Shown here: positions 55,401-64,000 of the stretch, in pieces
Layout: each line of letters opens with the position of its first letter
Numbering within the stretch: position 1 is the stretch's first letter
Origin: Macrostomum lignano
Lineage: Eukaryota
Direction: 5' to 3'
Assembly: GCA_002269645.1 (NCBI GenBank)
Contig: NIVC01000543.1
Location: forward strand, 1 to 64,000
Length of the DNA: 64,000 bases
Position numbers and translations under genes: made by a program
Notes under the pieces: model-generated
What the model was told of the DNA's origin: nothing
The model's input: only the letters and a program-made list of their open reading frames with translations
Database searches by the model: none

Positions 55401-58400
55401 TTGCCCTTGGTCACGGCCGGCTCCTTCTCCACCTGGTGGGGGCGAATTATAATTTAATTTCAGCGGCACATGCGATTTCCTGGCATTCAAACAGCACCTA
55501 CCAGTAGCACCGAGTCCTTTTGTGTTCTCAACAAGGACTACTGGCAGTAATAGGATGCAACTCTTTAAACCTTAATTTTCAAGGCTTAAATTCGCTTTGG
55601 CATTTTAGTGCACTATTTAGCACTGAATTGACCATCTTGCAGGCTCAGAACATCCGCAAGGTTACCTGCTGCACAGTCTGGTACAGACGAGTCTCCTGCA
55701 CCACGTGGATGTGATGCGGCACCAGCTCGTCGTAGCCGCGGTTGCTGCCCGTGGCGCAGGCGGCCATGGCCACCAGGGCTGAGGCGGGCAGCAGGTTGTG
55801 TGCAGAGCGGGCCTCCACGGGGCTCGGATTGTCGTGAGTGGCGTCGAACAGCAGGGCGCGCGACACCGCCGAGCAGATGGGGTGGCTGCGCTCGCGCTGC
55901 AGGTCGCCTACAGGCGGGCCGCCGTATCTGCGATGGTTACCGGGCTTGTTAGAGAACTCGGTGATCCAGTGAGAGATAAGGGACTGAGTGACGGATACTT
56001 GCAAAACACACAAGTGAAAGCCCTACAATTCATAATACACCAGATTGATAAGGGACTGAGTGACGGATACTTGCAAAACACACAAGTGAAAGTCCTACAA
56101 TTCATAATACACCAGATTGATAAGGGACTGAGTGACGGATACTTGCAAAACACACAAGTGAAAGTCCTACAATTCATAATACACCAGATTGATAAGGGAT
56201 GGAGTGACCGATACTTGCAAAACACACAAGTGAAAGCCCTACAATTCATAATACACCAGATTGATAAGGGACTGAGTGACGGATACTTGCAAAACACACA
56301 AGTGGAAGTCCAACAATTCATAAGACACCAGATTGATAAGGGACTGAGTGACGGATACTTGCAAAACACACAAGTGGAAGTCCTACAATTCATAATACAC
56401 CAGATTGATAAGGGACTGAGTGACGGATACTTGCAAAACACACAAGTAGAAGTCCTACAATTCATAATACACCAGAGTGATAAGGGACTGAGTTACGGAT
56501 ACTTGCAAAACACACAAGTGAAAGTCCTACAATTCATAATACACCAGATTGATAAGGGATGGAGTTACGGATACTTGCAAAACACACAAGTGAAAGTCCT
56601 ACAATTCATAAGACACCAGATTGATAAGGGATGGAGTGACGGATAGCTTGTAAGCCGGTGCCAACACTGCAACTCACTTGTAAACCTGCCTGCCCAGCTC
56701 AAACGGACTCCAAGCGCTTAAAGCCTCCCGAATGCACGAGCTGATGCCCAGCCGGCTGATGAAGATATTGTCCAGCCTCTCCGAGCCGGTGAACAGCTCG
56801 CCAGTAACGTAGAGGTCGGGCCGCACAGCCCGGGCCCTGTCAAGCATGTGCTGCGCCACGTGCAGCGGAGTGGAGTGGCAGTTGTCCAGGCGGACAGCAT
56901 GGAACACCCGGGCGGTGCTCTCGGTGTACTCGGCCATGCGCTGCCACAGGTAGGGGCAGTCGTCGGGACCCCGGCCGTAGCGCAGCTTCACTGAGTCGCC
57001 CCAGACGATGAGCTCACGGCGCAGGAATATGTTGCAGTCGGGCTGTTCGGCAAAGTTGCGCATCGGGTCGTCGTTCATCACCCAGCCGTTGTGCGCCATG
57101 ACGCGGACGGCCCGGTCAGGCGAGTCAAGGACCTGCCGCTCGCAGCTGGACAGGGGGATGTCAGGCCACTGGTGCAGGAAGTAGTTCCACACCATCGGCG
57201 TGTCCGCTGTGACCCGGCCGAGCAGCTCGCCATCCGGGTTCACGAATCTGGGGACAGGAGCAACGCGATGGGTTCATCTTTTGCTGACGAAATGTACCAC
57301 CAGCTACAAGCTACACAGTTTGAATTCCCGCCAAAATTTAACTTCTTAGAAACTCCAAACACTGTCAGAAAGCATTAAACAATGTCCCATTTAGCGCGCT
57401 ATTATTAAAAAGCGTGCCGAAGGAGTCTGATGTTGACATTTTATAGAATGTATAAAATGATTTGAAACGACCTAGTTAATAAAGCGAAAGAAATAACGGA
57501 AGAAGCAAACGTAACAGGAGTTAAAGTAAAGTCTTTAAATTCGAGAATCGGCTCGAGCTTCTTTTTCGGTACCAAAAATGAAGCCCAAGGGCATTCTGGC
57601 TATGATTTTAATTGGACTTATCTAAGAGCAGGCTGATTACCAAATCCGAAAATACAAGAAATACCACAATCAGTCAGTCACCTGTATCTGGCGCCAGCAA
57701 TAGCATTGTCCACAGCAGCTGAGATGTGAACCGCAATCTCCTTGGCTCGCTCGGCATTAAGATAGTCCAGGTGCTGGCGCAGGCTGGCAGCGGCCCGGTC
57801 CACGGAGGCGGGCAGGTGCCTGACGGGCAGGTAGTGGTACTTGGCGGCCAGGTCCATGCGCACCCTACAGCCGTGCCTGCGATAGGCCGGGTCTGGCTGC
57901 AGCAGCAGCAGCTCTGGGGCCAGCGATTCCAGCTGGCCGGTGGTGGGGCAGTGCCCGGACACCAGGTAGGCGGAGAACTCGGCCACCAGGTTATCCACGT
58001 GGCACAAGTAGAAATCGGAAATATTTAGTCCCTCCAAGATAGCGCGCAGTTTCTGCTTGGCCTAAAATGGGTACGACAGGCTGCCCTTGATTGGCTGACC
58101 ACTTGGGTAGCTACTGAAACCCAAGCTGCTTAAACCCAAGCTACTCAAACCCAAGCTGCTCAAACCCAAGCTACTGAAACCCAAGCTGCTTGAACCAAAG
58201 CTGCTCAAACCCAAGCTACTCAAACCCAAGCTACCCAAACCCAAGCTGCGCAAACCCAAGCAACTCAAACCCAAGCTACTCAAACCAAAGCTGCTCAAAC
58301 GAAAGCTGCTCAAACCCAAGCTACTCAAACCCAAGCTGCTCAAACCTAAGCTACTCAAACCCAAGCTACTCAAACCCAAGCTGCTTAAACGAAAGCTGCT

Positions 58401-60773
58401 AAAACCCAAGCTACTCAAACCCAAGCTGCTCAAACCCAAGCTACTCAAAACCAAGCTACTCAAACCCAAGCTGCTAAAACGAAAGCTGCTCAAACCCAAG
58501 CTACTCAAACCCAAGCTGCTCAAACCCAAGCTACTCAAACCCAAGCTGCTCAAACGAAAGCTGCTCAAACCCAAGCTACTCAAACCCAAGCTACTCAAAC
58601 CCAAGCTACTCAAACCCAAGCTGCTTAAACGAAAGCTGCTCAAACCTAAGCTACTCAAACCCAAGCTGCTTAAACGAAAGCTGCTAAAACCCAAGCTACT
58701 CAAACCCAAGCTGCTCAAACGAAAGCTGCTCAAACCCAAGCTACTCAAACCCAAGCTGCTCAAACCCAAGCTACTCAAACCCAAGCTGCTCAAACGAAAG
58801 CTGCTCAAACCCAAGCTACTCAAACCCAAGCTACTCAAACCCAAGCTACTCAAACCCAAGCTGCTTAAACGAAAGCTGCTAAAACCTAAGCTACTCAAAC
58901 CCAAGCTGCTAAAACCCAAGCTACTCAAACCCAAGCTGCTCAAACCCAAGCTACTCAAACCCAAGCTACTCAAACCTAAGCTACTCAAACCCAAGCTGCT
59001 CAAACGAAAGCTGCTCAAACCCAAGCTACTCAAACCCAAGCTGCTCAAACCCAAGCTACTCAAACCCAAGCTGCTCAAACGAAAGCTGCTCAAACCCAAG
59101 CTACTCAAACCCAAGCTGCTCAAACCCAAGCTACTCAAACCCAAGCTGCTCAAACGAAAGCTGCTCAAACCCAAGCTGCTCAAACCCAAGCTACTCAAAC
59201 CCAAGCTGCTCAAACGAAAGCTGCTCAAACCCAAGCTGCTCAAACCCAAGCTACTCAAACTCTAGCTACTCAAACCCAAGCTACTCAAGCCAAGCTACTC
59301 AAACGAAAGCTGCTCAAACCCAAGCTACTCAAACCCAAGCTGCTCAAACCCAAGCTACTTAAACCCAAGCTGCTCAAACGAAAGCTGCTCAAACCCAAGC
59401 TACTTAAACCCAAAGCTACCCAAAACGACCAAAATCCAGTCACTGAAGCTCCTCAAACCTTCTCCAGATGCTCCTCCGTGGAAACTTTGTCTCCAAGGCC
59501 GTCAGCTTTGTAGTCGCCCCTAGCGATGCACTCGGACCAGTGCACGATGGCCCGATCAACCAGATAGGCGGGTCGCAGGTGCGGTGTGTTCACCAAGTTG
59601 TAGGCGCACTCGGGGTGCTCGGCAATCCAGGGCGAATCGTTGGCCGTGTGGTTGAAGACGAGATCGGCCATAGACAGCAGGCCGAGCTCCGTCTGCAGCC
59701 GTTCGATCAGGGCCGAAATCTGCGGCCAATCGGCGGCGAAGGCTGGATTTGGTTTGAGCTGGTCGCGCAGCGAGTAGGCAGAGTGGGAGTAGCCCAGCTC
59801 CTGCAGCGGCGTGAAGTGAATCATGTTGTAGCCGCAGGCTGCCGCCACAGACAGGCGGGGCAGCCAGCCGGACAGCGGGCCCAGGCTCTTGGCCAGGTAA
59901 GTCTGCACCTTCAGGCCCTGTAAGTGGGAATGGTAGAAGGAATCACATAAGTCAGCTGAAATGCCAAGCTGACCAGCAGAGCTAGTCGTATTACTAAGGA
60001 ACGAATTCCCGAACTCAAAATAGATTTCTAATTAGCCTGATGGCTTTCGAAACCTTATAAAGATCCTCGCCTTAACAACAGATATGGAATGAAAAGCTGG
60101 TGGTGTCCTTATAGGTGCAAAAGCAAAAATAGATTGCTTTGATAAAATTTTGCCTTTTACTTTTCTGGTCACTACTAAAGTCCAACTACCAAGGCGAAGT
60201 GTGCAACTCAGACAATGAAGTCAAGGCCGCGGTGCACTCTGTGAGTGCTGTGTGCTCACGGATCAGCAAAATATGCAGAACTCCTTAACTGACGCCTTGA
60301 TCTGCACCCTGCAAACCAACTCAAGGACTCATTCAACATGCTGGCAAGTTTCAATAAGTTCAAGCACGAACCTCCAGCGGCACGGAGAGCGGCAGCTGCG
60401 GCTCTACCACGAAGCTTCCAACGGCCACAGCAGCCTGGGTCGCCGCCTCCTCGCCACCGACAGCCGGACGCAGAAGCCGGAAATCAAAGCAGCCAGCCTG
60501 GCAGATGAGCAGATCGGCGCAGGCATCGAAACAGTCCAGCGGGTGAGCCGAGGTGAAGCCTAGGCGGCGCCAGGCGGATCGGCTGAAGGCCGCATCGGCA
60601 GCGGGCGGGTGGTTGGTCTCGAGCAGCAGGTTGCTGTGCTGGCCGACCAGGCTGTGGTGCAGGGTGAAGCGCAGCAAATCGCCAGCCCGCAGGCGGTGCA
60701 GGGCTCCCTCTGTGTTCAGGCCGTCGCTGAGCGGCAGCTCCAGCACCTCGCCGGCGTCGCTGTTGGTGTCCAT
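49483..60773 (-). CDS. AGL: Glycogen debranching enzyme; exons 60773-60372, 59917-59459, 58061-57682, 57247-56678, 55927-55666, 55432-55010, 54843-54497, 54298-53665, 53361-53069, 52073-51515, 49569-49483 (about 1471 aa)
   Basis: '[10 protein letters not shown]', '[19 protein letters not shown]', transferase motifs 'RLDNCHSTP', 'ELFTGS', 'DATHDN'; glucosidase motifs '[12 protein letters not shown]', '[12 protein letters not shown]', 'WMDKMG', 'YHNGPEW', 'LPELT', 'QAWS'. Ten GT-AG introns, total 4416 nt in frame. Confidence 0.96.
49927..51385. repeat. 18/19-bp minisatellite (TGCTCTGCCCC(C)TTGCACC / TTACACA), about 78 copies, in the last AGL intron
   Basis: Read directly. It explains the CSAP/LPL ORFs at 49696-51463. 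Confidence 0.95.
52109..52480 (-). mobile_element. tRNA-derived SINE (372 bp) with A-rich tail and 13-bp TSD, in AGL intron 9
   Basis: Minus-strand head GGGGGGCCGTAGCCCAGAGG (A box, 52470-52460), B box GGCTCGATTCC (52427-52417), tail AAAAAAAAATAAATAAAAA. TSD GCGGCACTCAGAT at 52096-52108 and 52481-52493. Confidence 0.88.
55975..56644. repeat. 72-bp minisatellite, about 9.3 copies, in AGL intron 4
   Basis: GATAAGGGACTGAGTGACGGATACTTGCAAAACACACAAGTGAAAG...CACCAGATT; translates as a 24-aa period. Confidence 0.95.
58109..59425. repeat. 15-bp minisatellite (AAACCCAAGCTACTC / AAACGAAAGCTGCTC), about 88 copies, in AGL intron 2
   Basis: Read directly; gives the SSLGL ORF at 58062-59258. Confidence 0.95.
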
Positions 60774-60944
60774 GAGTGAGGCCTCTGCAAGAGTCAGGCC
60801 AACATATCAGGACATAGAGGGGTGCAGACACAACAGATCGAAACAAATAAAGCTACTCATCACAAAGAATGAAACTTTTACAGCGGAATAATCAACAGTG
60901 GTTACATGAAGGGCAGATAGTGATGACGTGGAGGGCCAGACACT

Positions 60945-61912
60945 GGGTGCATAAAGGGTCGGACAGCGGGTACATGGAAGAGCGAGAGCGGACAGCGGGC
61001 GCATGGGTGTGGACGGTGGGTACATGGAAGGGCGGACAGCGGGCGCATGGGTGTGGACGGTGGGTACATGGAAGGGCGGACAGCGGGCGCATGGGTGTGG
61101 ACGGTGGGTACATGGAAGGGCGGACAGCGGGCGCATGGGTGTGGAAGGTGGGTACATGGAAGGGCGGACAGCGGGCGCATGGGTGTGGACGGTGGGTACA
61201 TGGAAGGGCGGACAGCGGGCGCATGGGTGTGGAAGGTGGGTACATGGAAGGGCGGACAGCGGGCGCATGGGTGTGGACGGTGGGTACATGGAAGGGCAGA
61301 CAGCGGGCGCATGGGTGTGGACGGTGGGTACATGGGGGCGGAAAGTGGATACATGGGGGCGGACGGCGGGTACAGGGGGCGGAAAGTGGGTGCATGGAGG
61401 GGCGGACAATGGGTACATAGAGGGGTGGACAGTGGGTACATGGAGGGGCGGACAATGGGTACATAGAGGGGCAGACAGTGGGTACATGGAGGGGCGGACA
61501 GTGGGTACATGGAGGGGCGGACAGTGGGTACATGGGGGCGGACAGTGAGTACATGGGGGCGGACAGTGGGTACATGGGGGCGGACGGCGGGTACAGGGGG
61601 CGGAAAGTGGGTGCATGGAGGGGCGGACAATGGGTACATAGAGGGGTGGACAGTGGGTACATGGAGGGGCGGACAATGAGTACATAGAGGGGCAGACAGT
61701 GGGTACATGGAGGGGCGGACAGTGGGTACATGGAGGGGCGGACAGTGGGTACATGGAGGGGCGGACAGTGGGTACATGGGGGCGGACAGTGAGTACATGG
61801 GGGCGGACAGTGGGTACATGAGTGCGGACGGGTGGGTACATGGAGGGGCGGACAGTGGGTACATGGGGGCGGACAGTGGGTACATGGGTGGGGTGCGGAC
61901 GGGTGGGTACAC
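60945..61912. repeat. G-rich compound minisatellite (45-bp units at left, 21-23-bp units at right) upstream of the AGL start codon
   Basis: GGGTACATGGAAGGGCGGACAGCGGGCGCATGGGTGTGGACGGT(G) and GGGTACATGG(A)GGGGCGGACAGT. Confidence 0.93.
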
Positions 61913-62477
61913 TGAGAGGCGATAGGCTTCCGGCTTCCGGTGCTGATGTGATTTAAGAGCGAGAGAAATGTTTCCAACGGGGCGCCCCCACAGGTGCCTG
62001 GCACTAGCAAACACAACAGAGGAGCGGCGGAGAAGTCTAGCTGATAGTCTCAGACAGACAATTTCGGGTCAGGCTTATCAAGCCAGCCAAGAGCTAGCAA
62101 ATTACTTGTGACTGACGGCCACAAAAGCGTAACAGAAATAAATCTGAGTAAAGCAAACAGCTTAGCAAGCTGCACTTGTCAGAATTCTCACTCAGGAACA
62201 CAGGCGGAAAAGCAGAGCAGATCTCCCGCGCCAATGAGTGCACTGGAGTTCAATCCTGCGTGTATTTTTTGCAAAACTGCAAACTTGGGAAAAATTAATT
62301 TATCAAAGGATTTTCTAATTCCAGGCGGCATCAAGCAGCAACAATAATGTTGCAAAGAATCGCAATTAAAACTAATTTAACTAGCTAACAGATAGCAGTC
62401 ACTGGGCAGCATAGCACGGAAATAGGGAAAGGAGGGAAAATGCTGAGACTGCCGTTTCCTAAACTATAGCAACAAAA

Positions 62478-63530
62478 TAACTGCATGTACAGGTGATTAG
62501 CCAGCACTGTAGCCAGGCCAAACTGCATGTACAGGTGATTAGCCAGCACTGCGGCCAGGCCAAACTGCATGTACAGGTGATTAGCCAGCACTGCAGCCAG
62601 GCCAAACTGCATGTACAGGTGATTAGCCAGCACTGTAGCCAGGCCAAACTGCATGTACAGGTGATTAGCCAGCACTGCGGCCAGGCCAAACTGCATGTAC
62701 AGGTGATTAGCCAGCACTGCAGCCAGGCCAAACTGCATGTACAGGTGATTAGCCAGCACTGCAGCCAGGCCAAACTGCATGTACAGGTGATTAGCCAGCA
62801 CTGCAGCCAGGCCAAACTGCATGTACAGGTGATTAGCCAGCACTGTAGCCAGGCCAAACTGCATGTACAGGTGATTAGCCAGCACTGCGGCCAGGCCAAA
62901 CTGCATGTACAGGTGATTAGCCAGCACTGCAGCCAGGCCAAACTGCATGTACAGGTGATTAGCCAGCACTGCAGCCAGGCCAAACTGCATGTACAGGTGA
63001 TTAGCCAGCACTGCAGCCAGGCCAAACTGCATGTACAGGTGATTAGCCAGCACTGCAGCCAGGCCAAACTGCATGTACAGGTGATTAGCCAGCACTGCGG
63101 CCAGGCCAAACTGCATGTACAGGTGATTAGCCAGCACTGTAGCCAGGCCAAACTGCATGTACAGGTGATTAGCCAGCACTGCGGCCAGGCCAAACTGCAT
63201 GTACAGGTGATTAGCCAGCACTGCAGCCAGGCCAAACTGCATGTACAGGTGATTAGCCAGCACTGTAGCCAGGCCAAACTGCATGTACAGGTGATTAGCC
63301 AGCACTGCGGCCAGGCCAAACTGCATGTACAGGTGATTAGCCAGCACTGTAGCCAGGCCAAACTGCATGTACAGGTGATTAGCCAGCACTGTGGCCAGGC
63401 CAAACTGCATGTACAGGTGATTAGCCAGCACTGTAGCCAGGCCAAACTGCATGTACAGGTGATTAGCCAGCACTGTGGCCAGGCCAAACTGCATGTACAG
63501 GTGATTAGCCAGCACTGCGGCCAAGACAGA
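62478..63530. repeat. 42-bp minisatellite, about 25 copies
   Basis: AACTGCATGTACAGGTGATTAGCCAGCACTGYRGCCAGGCCA; 14-aa period in the ORF track. Confidence 0.96.
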
Positions 63531-63623
63531 GGCCAAACTGCATTAACAAAAATAGCATTTATGCAGGAACATCAAACTACAATGAGTGCACTATTCAGAT
63601 CAGAAAGTACATGTAGCAGGCAC

Positions 63624-64000
63624 AATTGAACTAAGCCTTGCAAGCATGATTGCATTCGAATACTCTCAGAATGTTAAAGTTAGCCGACAAAAGTCCCAAT
63701 TGAACTAAGCCTTGCAAGCATGATTGCATTCGAATACTCTCAGAATGTTAAAGTTAGCCGACAAAAGTCCCAATTGAACTAAGCCTTGCAAGCATGATCG
63801 CATTCGAATACTCTCAGAATGTTAAAGTTAGCCGACAAAAGTCCCAATTGAACTAAGCCTTGCAAGCATGATCGCATTCGAATACTCTCAGAATGTTAAA
63901 GTTAGCCGACAAAAGTCCCAATTGAACTAAGCCTTGCAAGCATGATCGCATTCGAATACTCTCAGAATGTTAAAGTTAGCCGACAAAAGTCCCAATTGAA
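63624..64000. repeat. 74-bp tandem repeat, at least 5 copies, cut by the window edge
   Basis: AATTGAACTAAGCCTTGCAAGCATGAT(T/C)GCATTCGAATACTC...AAAAGTCCC; period 63624 to 63698. Confidence 0.95.

Noticed and set aside
62478-64000. Regular repeats as a possible CRISPR array
   Set aside because: The units abut with no unique spacers, there are no cas genes, and the context is eukaryotic. The same applies to all other arrays in the window.

Overview
Eukaryotic genomic DNA with GT-AG introns, GC-rich exons, AT-rich spacers and many tandem repeats. It resembles the free-living flatworm Macrostomum, but the species is my inference. Spliced gene models were assembled by hand: a two-pore K+ channel (+), cytochrome b561 (-), a secreted GH38-like (DUF5054-type) glycosidase (+), a QSOX sulfhydryl oxidase (-), a Cys-loop/nicotinic receptor subunit with an anion-type Pro-Ala filter (-), a ~1,660-aa secreted repeat protein with F5/8C and Asp-box domains and two frameshifts (+), three intronless type-II-membrane FkbM methyltransferases (-,+,+), and an 11-exon glycogen debranching enzyme AGL (-). 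Mobile DNA: a decayed RNase-H-bearing LINE (Loa/I-like) with an RTE-like LINE and a 151-bp insert nested inside it, a mariner derivative with 198-bp TIRs, a CACTA-like MITE, and a tRNA-derived SINE with a 13-bp TSD. At least 14 tandem arrays are present. The most interesting observations are: (1) the FkbM trio has near-identical catalytic cores in inverted and direct orientation with divergent N- and C-terminal modules; (2) the receptor intron holds an array of in-frame CAG|GTGAGT units, suggesting recursive splice sites or 12-aa micro-exons; (3) splice-signal-bearing repeats recur across the window. No database search could be run, so family calls rest on recognised motifs.
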